From positions 1 to 49,630 of the forward strand of contig LSCG01000002.1 of NCBI GenBank assembly GCA_001577055.1: a stretch of DNA of 49,630 bases. The letters run 5' to 3'. Every line of letters starts with the position of its first letter. The stretch's first letter is position 1. The translations under genes were made by a program, and so were the position numbers. The notes beneath the pieces were generated by a model. That model saw only the letters and a program-made list of their open reading frames with translations, searched no databases and was not told the DNA's origin. Below are positions 1 to 9,176 of the stretch, piece by piece. The stretch comes from Fidelibacterota bacterium TCS56. GTDB taxonomy: Bacteria; Fidelibacterota; Marinisomatia; Marinisomatales; TCS56.

Positions 1-12
1 TGAGGCTTCCTG

Positions 13-96
13 TGCCCGGGACTGGACTCGAACCAGCACAGCCTTGCGACCACTAGACCCTGAACCTAGCGTGTCTACCAATTTCACCACCCGGGC
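13..96 (-). tRNA. tRNA-Leu (anticodon CAG), class II with long variable arm
   Basis: Reverse complement reads GCCCGGG-TG-GTG/AAATTGGTAGA/CAC-G-CTAGG-TTCAGGG-TCTAG-variable arm-GCTGG-TTCGAGT-CCAGT-CCCGGGC-A. The cloverleaf folds by hand and the anticodon loop is TT-CAG-GG. CCA is not encoded. Confidence 0.9.
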
Positions 97-223
97 AATA
101 AATTTATATCAATAAAGCGCGGCGAATTTACGGATTGTGAGCCCATTGGAAAAATTGTTTTTACCAATTCTTTTCTTCAATAATATCTTGATTCCTACAC
201 CAACGTTTGCAGAAGATAGCCCC

Positions 224-3097
224 ATGAAAAAGCGATCATTATTATTCGTTGCCCTGCCGGCAATTCTGATTTCCACCGTGATGGCCGATCAAAACGGCCC
301 GGTATCCAATTCGCGGGTGACCACCTTTACCACCCGTTCCGGTGAAACCTTCAAACTGGGTGCGCTGCACGAAACGGAGATGCCCCTTTGGATGCAACCG
401 TCACCGGCCATCGCCGCTGACGCATCTCGGCGCACCAGCGTGGATAATTCCGCCAACCTGCCGCCCATCAAGAGTCAGGGCGGCCAGGGTTCGTGCACGG
501 CCTGGGCCACCGGCTATTATTATAAATCCTACCAGGAATGGCAGGAGCATGGCTGGGATTTGTCACAGGAAACCCATCAGTTCAGTCCGGCCTTCGTTTA
601 CAATAATATTAACGGCGGGGTAGACGGTGGATCATTTCCCACTGATGCCTTCAAACTTTTGGTGGATCACGGCTGCGCCACCTGGGTTCAGATGCCCTAC
701 AACGATACCCAGTATTCGAATTTACCGGCGGAAAATGTCTATCGCGGCGCCCTGCCGTACCGCAGCCAACAGGCCTACTACATTGATCTGGTTAATGATC
801 TGCAAAGCCTTAAGAACCACCTGCAAAACGGCAACGTGGCGGTGATTTCCATCGATATTTACGACCATTTCTATGATATCGCCAATCACGGCTATGTTTA
901 CTCCGTGAGCCAGATGTCCGGCAGCGATCCCGGCGGACATTCCGTCACCATTTGCGGCTATGACAACGACCTGCCCACCCCCGATGGCAACGGCGCTTTT
1001 AAAATCGCCAATTCCTGGGGACCGTCGTGGGGCGACAACGGTTTCTTCTGGATGACCTACGAAGCGGTGCAGAACGCCCAGTTAAGCGTCCAGAAAGCTT
1101 ACTATGCCAGTGACCGGATTGATTATCAACCGCTAATCACCTCAACTTTCCACGTGGATCACGATATTCGCGGAAAGGTGGGTTTTAATTTCGGCCTCGG
1201 TGAGGCCAGCGATCCCCGCTGGGATAAGAAATTCTTCGACTGGTATATCGGCAGTGGAACACAGATCCCTTTTCCAATGACCAATATCGTCGTTGATCTC
1301 ACCGATGGTGCGCCCCAGTTGATTCAATCCGGTGATAATAATATTTTCATCGAATGCCAGGATCGACGCTTCTTCTGGCATCTTTCCACCCAACATGCCT
1401 GGCAGGGAAATTCCTGGTGGTGCGCCGATGAAGAAATCCCCGGTTATGACAGTGGCTGGCTCATGTATTACGAGACCGACAACGTGACGCTGGGCGTTGA
1501 TCAGAATGAGTTGAATTTTATGCTCAGTTACGCCCTGGAAGAACCCCAGCAATACGGCGATTACGACGGCTGGGATGCGGCGACCGTTTTAATTTCCACC
1601 GATGGATTCGCTACCTGGGATGTGCTCACCGGTTCACCGGACTATGATTTCGATAATTCCTGGGCCTGGGCCTGGCATGGCCAGGGGGACAGCATCCCCG
1701 GCTGGGGGGGCTATAATCCCCAGTGGCAGTCCGCCGGCTTCGACCTGGATCAATATGCCAGTCAGAATGTGGCCCTGCGGATTTATTTTGCCAGCGACGG
1801 CGGCTGGAGCAGCGCCGATAATCCGGCTTATTTCGGTCTGGTGATCGATGACATCGAAATAACCACCGCCGGTAATACCCTCTTTTTCGACAACGGCGAC
1901 ACCGGCAGTCGCAGTCTGCCCGGGGTAATTGATTATTTTGCGGTTGAACACAGCCAGTGGCAGATGACAGTGGTATCGGATGAAACCCCGGTGACAATCC
2001 CCGAGCAATATGGCAATGCCGTGGCCAACCTGACAATTACGCCGCCGGAACCGTACAGCGGCCCCACCTGGTTCGTGAGTAACAGCGGTTCGGATTTGAC
2101 CGGCGACGGGTCCCTGAATTATCCCTTTGCCTCCGTTCAGACCGGTTTGAATGCGGCGGACAGCAGTCAGTCTGTTGTAATGACTGCCGGCAGTTATACC
2201 GAGAATGTGGTCTGGCCCCAGGTCCCTGATATCAAATTGAATGGCAGCAATGCCGGCGCCACTTTCCTGATCGGGACCACCGCCGCCACACCGGTGGTGG
2301 ATTTCAATGGAATCAATGGTGATACTACTGAAAATGAAACTGGTGAGATCAGGGGATTAACCATCCGGCAGACCGCGCTTGATGCGCCGGCCATCGAAAT
2401 TAATGATCATGGGCTGGTTATGTCAGCCAATGTAATTACCAGTGATGGCAGCCTGCCATTGATCCACCTGGAGGACGGCGCCGTCGATTTAACCAATATC
2501 ACGATGCACGGCGCCGGACCGGGAATCAGCGCGCAGGCCGGCACTGTAGATCTGACCAGCAGCATTGTCTGGTGTAATCCCGCGCTGACCGGTGATACAG
2601 CCAGCACAATCCAGGCTGATTACAGCCTGATCGCCGGTGGCTGGCCGGGCACGGCTAACCTCAGTGATGATCCATTGTTTTGTGACCCGGCAAATCATGA
2701 TTTCAAGCTGGCCGCCAATTCGCCGGCCATCGCTGCGGGAGAAAACGGAGGCAATATGGGCGCCCTGGGAATCGGTTGCGCAGCGCTTACTGCCACTGAT
2801 AATCAAGACCTGTGGCCCACGGAAGTGGCGCTATACCCCAATTATCCCAATCCCTTCAACAGCACCACCCAATTCCGGTATTTTCTGCCGGAAGCGGCTA
2901 TCGTAACCATCGCGGTTTATGATTTGACCGGCCGGGAAATTAACCGGCTGATCGATGGTCCCGTACCGGGTGGATATCATCAAATCCAATGGGATGGAAC
3001 CAATGAGTCACAGCAAAGTATGCCCTCCGGACTTTATCTCGGTCAACTGCAATGTGGTAATACAATCCGCCAAACCAAACTTCTCCTGATTAAATAA
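224..3097 (+). CDS. Secreted papain-family (C1) cysteine peptidase with beta-helix-like region and T9SS C-terminal sorting domain
   Basis: ORF 137..3097. The ATG at 224 gives the signal peptide MKKRSLLFVALPAILISTVMA. The C1 catalytic triad context is intact: QGGQGSC-TAW (Cys codon 494-496), GGHSVTICGYD, ANSWGPSWGDNGFF. The middle region is Trp/Gly-rich and lectin- or MAM-like, followed by Gly/Thr/Asn-rich beta-helix-like repeats and a CTD at the end. Confidence 0.85.
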   Translation: MKKRSLLFVALPAILISTVMADQNGPVSNSRVTTFTTRSGETFKLGALHETEMPLWMQPSPAIAADASRRTSVDNSANLPPIKSQGGQGSCTAWATGYYYKSYQEWQEHGWDLSQETHQFSPAFVYNNINGGVDGGSFPTDAFKLLVDHGCATWVQMPYNDTQYSNLPAENVYRGALPYRSQQAYYIDLVNDLQSLKNHLQNGNVAVISIDIYDHFYDIANHGYVYSVSQMSGSDPGGHSVTICGYDNDLPTPDGNGAFKIANSWGPSWGDNGFFWMTYEAVQNAQLSVQKAYYASDRIDYQPLITSTFHVDHDIRGKVGFNFGLGEASDPRWDKKFFDWYIGSGTQIPFPMTNIVVDLTDGAPQLIQSGDNNIFIECQDRRFFWHLSTQHAWQGNSWWCADEEIPGYDSGWLMYYETDNVTLGVDQNELNFMLSYALEEPQQYGDYDGWDAATVLISTDGFATWDVLTGSPDYDFDNSWAWAWHGQGDSIPGWGGYNPQWQSAGFDLDQYASQNVALRIYFASDGGWSSADNPAYFGLVIDDIEITTAGNTLFFDNGDTGSRSLPGVIDYFAVEHSQWQMTVVSDETPVTIPEQYGNAVANLTITPPEPYSGPTWFVSNSGSDLTGDGSLNYPFASVQTGLNAADSSQSVVMTAGSYTENVVWPQVPDIKLNGSNAGATFLIGTTAATPVVDFNGINGDTTENETGEIRGLTIRQTALDAPAIEINDHGLVMSANVITSDGSLPLIHLEDGAVDLTNITMHGAGPGISAQAGTVDLTSSIVWCNPALTGDTASTIQADYSLIAGGWPGTANLSDDPLFCDPANHDFKLAANSPAIAAGENGGNMGALGIGCAALTATDNQDLWPTEVALYPNYPNPFNSTTQFRYFLPEAAIVTIAVYDLTGREINRLIDGPVPGGYHQIQWDGTNESQQSMPSGLYLGQLQCGNTIRQTKLLLIK
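2831..3094 (+). other. T9SS type-A C-terminal sorting domain (CTD) of the C1 peptidase
   Basis: LYPNYPNPFNSTTQFRYFLPEAAIVTIAVYDLTGREI...WDGTNE...PSGLYLGQLQCGN..QTKLLLIK fits the remembered pattern: YPNPF, iYd.tGr, WdG, GvY, terminal K-l-l-l-K. Confidence 0.8.
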
Positions 3098-3583
3098 ATG
3101 CGAAGATTAATTATCGACGGGTACAATCTGATGTATGCCATGCCCGGTGTACCGAAAGGGCGTCGTGGAAAACTGGAGGATGCCCGTGATCACCTGGTGC
3201 GTAAAATCAGCAAAATTGCCCGGAAACGGCGGATTTACACGATTGTGGTTTTCGATGGTGTACAAGATGATGTTTTGCCTATGGAGGCCGGGATCAACCA
3301 GTGGGTGCAGACGCGCTTTTCTCCTCCGCATAAAAAAGCGGACACCATCATCGTGGAACTGGTTCAGTCCAATCCCAGTCCCCGTTCGCTGATGGTGGTC
3401 AGTTCCGATAAGGCAGTCCTGCGCGAAGTGACCCACGCCGGCGCCAAGACCATGACCTCGGAGGAATTCGCCGACCTGCTCGAACCACGTCTGCGCCGAA
3501 AGCCTGAACCGCCGGAAGAAGAGAAACCGGAAATGACCGAGGCCGATCTGGAAGTCTGGCGGCGGGTGTTCAACAAGAGTTAG
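3098..3583 (+). CDS. YacP-like NYN-domain protein (predicted RNase)
   Basis: 161 aa. The N-terminal RLIIDGYNLMY motif, VVFDG and VVSSD acidic positions are typical of the YacP/DUF901 NYN fold. The ATG directly abuts the previous stop. Confidence 0.6.
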   Translation: MRRLIIDGYNLMYAMPGVPKGRRGKLEDARDHLVRKISKIARKRRIYTIVVFDGVQDDVLPMEAGINQWVQTRFSPPHKKADTIIVELVQSNPSPRSLMVVSSDKAVLREVTHAGAKTMTSEEFADLLEPRLRRKPEPPEEEKPEMTEADLEVWRRVFNKS

Positions 3584-3586
3584 CCA

Positions 3587-4039
3587 GTGGATATCAAAAT
3601 TATCGCCAGCAACCGCAAGGCTTACCACGAATTTCATATTCTGGAGAAGTTCGAAGCCGGCCTGGAATTATCCGGCAGTGAAGTCAAGAGTCTGCGGGAG
3701 GGACGGGCCAGCCTGAAAGAGGGGTATTGTTTGGTCAGGAAGGGTGAGGTGTGGGCGGTAGGTCTCCATATCAGCCCATATTCCCATACCGGATACAGCG
3801 GCCATGAACCGGTTCGTGATCGGCGCCTGTTGCTAAACCGCCGGGAAATCGGCAAACTGCAGAAAGCCGTGGACCAAAAGGGGATGACGATTGTACCACT
3901 GCGAATTTATTTCAAGAGCGGCTGGGCCAAACTGGAAATAGCCCTGGCCAAAGGTAAACACCATTACGATAAGAAAGAGGCCCTGAAAGCCAAGGATCTG
4001 AAACGGCATACTGAGCGGGAAATGAGGAATTACAGATGA
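3587..4039 (+). CDS. smpB: SsrA-binding protein SmpB
   Basis: 150 aa with a GTG start. NRKAYHEFHILEKFEAGLELSGSEVKSLR ... LLLNRREIGKL ... GWAKLEIALAKGKHHYDKK is the canonical SmpB signature. Confidence 0.92.
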   Translation: MDIKIIASNRKAYHEFHILEKFEAGLELSGSEVKSLREGRASLKEGYCLVRKGEVWAVGLHISPYSHTGYSGHEPVRDRRLLLNRREIGKLQKAVDQKGMTIVPLRIYFKSGWAKLEIALAKGKHHYDKKEALKAKDLKRHTEREMRNYR

Positions 4040-5241
4040 AGTTTTTACCGGTTGATGAACAATTAAAACTGATTGGGCGGGGCACGGAAGAAATCATCCC
4101 GCTGGCGGATTTGAAATCCAAGCTGGAGCGATCACGAAAAACCGGCGAACCGCTTAAAGTCAAATTGGGCTGTGATCCCAGCCGACCGGATTTACACATC
4201 GGCCACGGCGTGGTTTTACGCAAATTGCGCCACTTCCAGGATTTGGGTCACCAGGCCATTCTGGTGATCGGTGATTTCACCGCCATGATCGGCGATCCTT
4301 CCGGGCGCAATAAGACACGTCCCCAGTTGACCATTGAAGAAACTCACAAGAATGCAGAGAGTTACGTAAAACAAGCTCAAGCTATTCTTGATATCGACAG
4401 GCTCAAGATTGTCTATAATAATGACTGGCTGGGGAAAATGAATTTCAGTGAAGTGGTACGTCTGGCAAGTCATTATACCGTGGCGCGGATGATCGAGCGG
4501 GATGATTTCACCAAGCGTTTCCAGGGCGAGATTCCGATTTCAATTCATGAATTTCTCTATCCACTGGCCCAGGGCATGGATTCAGTGGAATTGGGGGCCG
4601 ATGTGGAGTTGGGCGGCACCGATCAGAAATTCAACCTGTTGGTGGGCCGTCACCTGCAAAGGGAGGATTCCCTGGAACCCCAGGTTATCATCACAACACC
4701 GCTATTGGAAGGCACGGACGGGGTAGAAAAGATGTCCAAATCTTACGACAATCATATCGGTCTGCAGGCATCCCCCGATGAGATTTACGGTCGGACACTA
4801 TCAATTCCCGATAACCTGATTTTGAAATATTACCGCCTGGCGGCAGATGCGGACGATGAGTCACTGGCGGAAATCGAGGCACAATTAAGCGACGCCACCG
4901 TTAATCCCCGGGATGTAAAACGGCGACTGGCCCGCACATTGGTAACCATGTATCACGATGATCGAGCCGCCAAGGCCGCTCAAGAGCAATTTGATAGAAT
5001 CTTCATCGCTAAAAGCGCGCCGGACGATATGCCTGAATACCACCTGGAGCAGGAGGAGGCCCTGGTGGAATTAATCGCCGGGCAGGGGTTGGCTGACAGT
5101 AATTCGGCCGCCAAACGATTGATTAAGCAGGGAGCGGTAAAGCTCGATGGTGAACCATTGAAGGATTTCCAATTCAAGGTCGCGGCCGGTACCACCGGTG
5201 TACTGAAAGTCGGCAAACGCCGGTTTCTGAAATTAATTTGA
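4036..5241 (+). CDS. tyrS: Tyrosine--tRNA ligase
   Basis: 401 aa. It has the HIGH motif (DLHIGHGV), the KMSKS motif (EKMSKSYDN), a GGTDQKFN block and a C-terminal S4-like domain (AKRLIKQGAVKLDGE). ATGA overlap with smpB. Confidence 0.92.
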   Translation: MKFLPVDEQLKLIGRGTEEIIPLADLKSKLERSRKTGEPLKVKLGCDPSRPDLHIGHGVVLRKLRHFQDLGHQAILVIGDFTAMIGDPSGRNKTRPQLTIEETHKNAESYVKQAQAILDIDRLKIVYNNDWLGKMNFSEVVRLASHYTVARMIERDDFTKRFQGEIPISIHEFLYPLAQGMDSVELGADVELGGTDQKFNLLVGRHLQREDSLEPQVIITTPLLEGTDGVEKMSKSYDNHIGLQASPDEIYGRTLSIPDNLILKYYRLAADADDESLAEIEAQLSDATVNPRDVKRRLARTLVTMYHDDRAAKAAQEQFDRIFIAKSAPDDMPEYHLEQEEALVELIAGQGLADSNSAAKRLIKQGAVKLDGEPLKDFQFKVAAGTTGVLKVGKRRFLKLI

Positions 5242-5482
5242 CTGCATTTTATTTGTAACCATCGATTGTGCCGATTATCAAAAATTCCTGATAACAAACA
5301 TCAGTTAATTGAAATCAGAATTAGCGGTCAACGGCCGACAGATGAAAATTGGTATAGGTAATTTTGTGCGATCAAGCCGAAATTAGGCCCCTAAATTGGT
5401 CCCGTTTTAGGAACAATTATGTTATTCAATCTGCTGTTGCAGATGTTATTAAATCAGTTTTTACAGTTGAATAGGAGGTCTT

Positions 5483-5809
5483 ATGCCACAAGAAATAGTG
5501 GAATTTACCGATGCCAATTTTGACCAGGAAGTGTTGCAGGCGGATTTTCCGGTGCTGGTGGACTTTTGGGCCGAATGGTGTGGCCCCTGCAAGGCTATTG
5601 CACCGACCATCGCCGAAATTGCCGGCGAATATTCCGGTAAAGTAAAAGTAGGTAAGCTGAATGTGGATGAAAATCGCAATTCAGCCATGAAATTTGGAAT
5701 ACGAAGTATTCCCAGTTTATTGATCTTCAACGGTGGATCCGTAGCCCATCAAATTGTTGGGGCGGTACCCAAAGCAAATATAACCAAATTGTTGGAAGAG
5801 GTAATATAA
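5483..5809 (+). CDS. trxA: Thioredoxin
   Basis: 108 aa with the WCGPC active site (FWAEWCGPCKAI). A Shine-Dalgarno-like TAGGAGG lies upstream. Confidence 0.95.
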   Translation: MPQEIVEFTDANFDQEVLQADFPVLVDFWAEWCGPCKAIAPTIAEIAGEYSGKVKVGKLNVDENRNSAMKFGIRSIPSLLIFNGGSVAHQIVGAVPKANITKLLEEVI

Positions 5810-5817
5810 AATAAAAG

Positions 5818-6735
5818 ATGAATCGGAAAGTTATCATCATAGGATCGGGGCCAGCCGGCTTAACTGCCGCAATTTATACCGCCCGTGCAAATTTGAATCC
5901 CCTGGTTTTTGAAGGACCGCAACCCGGTGGTCAGCTTACTATTACCACCGATGTTGAAAATTTTCCCGGTTTTCCCGAAGGTATTACCGGTCCGGAGCTG
6001 ATGGATTCTCTGCGTAGCCAAGCTCAAAGATTCGGCGCTGAAACCGTGTTCAAACAGATTACCAAGGTTGATTTCAGTGCCAAACCGTTTAAAGTCTGGG
6101 TCGGTGATGAACTGTTCACCAGTGAAGCGGTAATTATTTCAACCGGAGCTTCGGCCCGCTGGCTTGGATTGGAGTCCGAGCAGAGTTTAATGGGGTACGG
6201 CGTATCGGCCTGTGCCACCTGTGATGGTTTTTTCTACCGGGATAAAAAGGTATTGGTTGTGGGCGGAGGTGATTCCGCCATGGAGGAAGCAAACTTCCTT
6301 ACCAAATTCGCTTCGGAAGTCTGGGTCGTCCATCGTCGCGACGAGTTGCGTGCCTCGAAAATTATGCAGGAGCGCGCCCTCAATAATCCCAAAATACATG
6401 TTCACTGGAATTCTACTATCAGTGAAATTCTCGGGGACAAGGATTCCGGCGTTACCGGTGTGGTTCTGGAAGATACGGTAACCGGCGAAAAACGCGAAGA
6501 CAGTTGTGATGGAGTATTTTTAGCTATTGGACACATTCCCAACACGGCGGTTTTCAAAGGACAAATTGATCTGGATGAAAAAGGCTATATCCTTACCAGG
6601 GATGGCAAAACTGCCACATCTGTGCCTGGTGTTTTTGCCTGCGGTGATGTGCAGGATAAGGATTACCGGCAGGCCATTACCGCTGCCGGCACCGGATGTA
6701 TGTCAGCCATAGACGCGGAGCGCTATCTGGAATAG
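5818..6735 (+). CDS. trxB: Thioredoxin-disulfide reductase
   Basis: 305 aa with GSGPAG FAD motif, redox-active [21 protein letters not shown] motif and C-terminal GVFACGDV. Confidence 0.95.
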   Translation: MNRKVIIIGSGPAGLTAAIYTARANLNPLVFEGPQPGGQLTITTDVENFPGFPEGITGPELMDSLRSQAQRFGAETVFKQITKVDFSAKPFKVWVGDELFTSEAVIISTGASARWLGLESEQSLMGYGVSACATCDGFFYRDKKVLVVGGGDSAMEEANFLTKFASEVWVVHRRDELRASKIMQERALNNPKIHVHWNSTISEILGDKDSGVTGVVLEDTVTGEKREDSCDGVFLAIGHIPNTAVFKGQIDLDEKGYILTRDGKTATSVPGVFACGDVQDKDYRQAITAAGTGCMSAIDAERYLE

Positions 6736-6775
6736 TTTAGACCCCAACCCGGTATCCGATTCATCGTAACGGCCT

Positions 6776-7489
6776 GTGGCCAAAGGAAATACGATGAGTC
6801 AAAAATCTACACTTATTTATGATATAAAAGGTCTGAAACTGAACCGTGGTAAACGGAACATTTTACAGATCGGTAATCTTCAAATTCACCGTGGGACTAT
6901 TTACGGAATAATCGGTTCCATCGGTTCGGGGAAGTCCTCTTTGCTGCGTCTGCTGGCCGGCCTGGATAAACCCAGTGACGGCATGCTGAAATACGACGGA
7001 CGCGATTTCGAAACGAATTGGCTGGGACGGGTAAAACCGGATCCAACCATCAATCTGGCCGATCCACAATTACTGGATAAAGGACGGTCCATTCGCAATC
7101 TTCTTGAGAAACGATTTCCCAAGAATGCCAACGTCTTAATCAAGCGATATTTCAGCAGCGGATCGAACAAACTGATCGTGGATGAACCGTTGGAACAGCT
7201 CACAGCCGGCGAACGGGCCTGGATAAATACGATCATTGCCATTAATTCCGATCCGCGCGTGCTGCTGGTGGATGATTACGGTATTCATTTCGACAATGCC
7301 ATGCTGAAAGATTTTAATCGGCGGATTCAGAAAATGACTCGTGAACTTGGTACCACCATCGTGCTGTCTGCCGCCGTCGCCGATAATATACAAAATATTG
7401 CCTCCGTCTTGATTTTCCTCGATAACGGGCATATTTGCAAAATCCGCCCGGGCCGAGGCCGGAATAACCGCAATCCCCGCAAACGATAA
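6776..7489 (+). CDS. Orphan ABC-type ATPase homologue with degenerate catalytic motifs
   Basis: Walker A GSIGSGKS is intact. The signature is LTAGE (not LSGGQ), Walker B is LLVDDYG (Asp where the catalytic Glu sits), and the H-loop position reads SAAVAD. The C-terminal tail is Arg-rich. GTG start at 6776, with an alternative ATG at 6794. Confidence 0.65.
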   Translation: MAKGNTMSQKSTLIYDIKGLKLNRGKRNILQIGNLQIHRGTIYGIIGSIGSGKSSLLRLLAGLDKPSDGMLKYDGRDFETNWLGRVKPDPTINLADPQLLDKGRSIRNLLEKRFPKNANVLIKRYFSSGSNKLIVDEPLEQLTAGERAWINTIIAINSDPRVLLVDDYGIHFDNAMLKDFNRRIQKMTRELGTTIVLSAAVADNIQNIASVLIFLDNGHICKIRPGRGRNNRNPRKR

Positions 7490-7504
7490 TACACGAAATA
7501 TCTG

Positions 7505-8443
7505 ATGGCACTTGGCATTTACTACTCACCACGCTTCCTGGACCATGATACCGGTCCCGGACACCCGGAACGACCTGAACGGCTGGCAGCCATTGTTGAA
7601 CACCTTCAACAAGCTAATTATTCGAGTCGGCTTGAGCTGCGAGTACCGCAGGTCTTTGACCCTGATTTACCGGCCATCGCGCACGACCCGGCTTATGTAA
7701 AACGGGTATTGCTGACCTGTAATCGCGGTGATCAGCATATTGATACTTTCGATAATGCGATCTGCGTCGATTCAGGGAATATCGCTATACTGGCGGCCAA
7801 TGCCACAGCCCAGGGGATAGATGCTGTTCTGGGCGATGAAAATCGGGCGCTGGTATTACCACGGCCACCGGGACACCACGCTGAATTCGATCAGGCGCTG
7901 GGTTTCTGTCTATTTAACAACGTGGCCATCGCAGCCCGTTATGCACAGCAGAAGTATTCTGTCGGTAAGATCGCCATCATTGATTTCGATGTTCATCATG
8001 GTAATGGCACTCAACATTATTTTGAAAATGATGATTCGGTACTCTATATCAGCACCCACCGATATCCGTTCTTCCCCGGTACCGGCACCGCCGATGAGAC
8101 CGGCCGGGGCGCCGGAGCGGGTGCTACCGTGAATTATCCTCTGGCATTCGGTACCGGGAATGATATTTATCTGGATATTTATCGCAATGCGATTCCCGAT
8201 ATAATTCTCAAATTCCGGCCTGAGTTAATCTTGCTAAGCACCGGTTTTGATGCACACGAGATGGATCCATTGGGGGGTATGCAATTAACTACTGCCGCTT
8301 TCAGTGAAATTTCGCAAATTCTGGTACAGACTGCCCGGGAATGCTGCCAGGGTAAGGTCCTCTCAGTACTGGAAGGGGGATACAGTATTGAGGGATCCAG
8401 GCAGGGCATGGAAGTGCATATTCAGGAATTACTGGAGGATTAA
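7505..8443 (+). CDS. Histone deacetylase-family amidohydrolase (AcuC / acetylpolyamine deacetylase-like)
   Basis: 312 aa with RPPGHHA, DFDVHHGNGTQ, GFDAHEMDPLG and EGGY motifs of the arginase/deacetylase fold. Confidence 0.85.
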   Translation: MALGIYYSPRFLDHDTGPGHPERPERLAAIVEHLQQANYSSRLELRVPQVFDPDLPAIAHDPAYVKRVLLTCNRGDQHIDTFDNAICVDSGNIAILAANATAQGIDAVLGDENRALVLPRPPGHHAEFDQALGFCLFNNVAIAARYAQQKYSVGKIAIIDFDVHHGNGTQHYFENDDSVLYISTHRYPFFPGTGTADETGRGAGAGATVNYPLAFGTGNDIYLDIYRNAIPDIILKFRPELILLSTGFDAHEMDPLGGMQLTTAAFSEISQILVQTARECCQGKVLSVLEGGYSIEGSRQGMEVHIQELLED

Positions 8444-8444
8444 A

Positions 8445-9068
8445 ATGCGCAAAATCTATCGTTCATCTTCGGAGCGGGTAATTGCCGGTGTGTGTGGCGG
8501 TTTCGCCGAGTATTTCAACCTCGATCCGGTACTCGTCAGGTTGATCTGGATATTCCTGGTCCTTTTCGGTGGCTCGGGCATCATCGCCTATATTTTAGCC
8601 TTCTTCCTGATTCCGGAGGCAGGTGAACCCAGCGGTCTGCCATTTTACAAACGAATCAAATTCGGGTCGGTAAAATCATCAATATGGGGTATTATCATCA
8701 TCGTTGTGGGGATTATCCTGGTGTTCCAGTATCACGGGGCGCTTGGTACGGCTTTGATGCGTTTTTGGAAATTCGGGTTCAACCTGGTAGTGGCAGCCAT
8801 CCTGATTGGCATCGGTGTTTATTTACTCTCCAACCGTACTACAAATCTGGCAAAAACCGTGGGGATATCCACTAAGACACCGCTCCACCTGTCAAATGAA
8901 CAGAAATTGATATTTGGTGTTTGCGGCGGTCTGGCCGAAAGCTTCGGGATCGACGTGGTCCTGATCCGCATGTTCTGGGCCTTCAGCACTATCATGAGTG
9001 TGGGCGCCGGCATTATTTTGTACATCGCTCTGGTGTTATTTATGCCATCCCCGGAAGAAAAAGACTGA
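8445..9068 (+). CDS. Membrane protein with two tandem PspC domains
   Basis: The start is trimmed from ORF 8304 to the ATG at 8445, just after the HDAC stop. There are two copies of the PspC signature: RVIAGVCGGFAEYFNLDPVLVRLIWIF and KLIFGVCGGLAESFGIDVVLIRMFWAF. Each is followed by TM helices. Confidence 0.8.
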   Translation: MRKIYRSSSERVIAGVCGGFAEYFNLDPVLVRLIWIFLVLFGGSGIIAYILAFFLIPEAGEPSGLPFYKRIKFGSVKSSIWGIIIIVVGIILVFQYHGALGTALMRFWKFGFNLVVAAILIGIGVYLLSNRTTNLAKTVGISTKTPLHLSNEQKLIFGVCGGLAESFGIDVVLIRMFWAFSTIMSVGAGIILYIALVLFMPSPEEKD

Positions 9069-9176
9069 TCTGATCCGGACGGGTGCAAAGATTCGATTAA
9101 CGGCCCGCTCGTTTTCCTTAACCAATAATTAAATTGGAACATTGGCCGGAGATAAATGATAAATTAGTGTACGCTA

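Noticed and set aside
137-223. GTG-initiated 29-codon N-terminal extension of the C1 peptidase ORF
   Set aside because: The internal ATG at 224 yields a textbook signal peptide. The extension (MSPLEKLFLPILFFNNILIPTPTFAEDSP) would bury it.
3950-4036. Possible T-box or other leader upstream of tyrS
   Set aside because: tyrS overlaps smpB (ATGA), so there is no room for a leader RNA.
8304-8444. Upstream extension of the PspC ORF overlapping the HDAC gene by 140 nt. Similar extensions occur at 12986..13114 (RNase H), 17732..17815 (rodA), 23199..23318, 24577..24606 and 10766..10816.
   Set aside because: The extensions are translations of the 3' ends of the preceding genes in another frame. The internal ATGs sit right at the upstream stop codons and restore sensible N-termini.
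9069-9176. Possible terminator after the PspC gene (GACGGG ... CCCGCTC followed by GTTTT), plus a CCAAT-N6-ATTGG repeat
   Set aside because: The stem is imperfect and needs a bulge, the loop is long (about 20 nt), and the T-tract is short. This is not strong enough to call.
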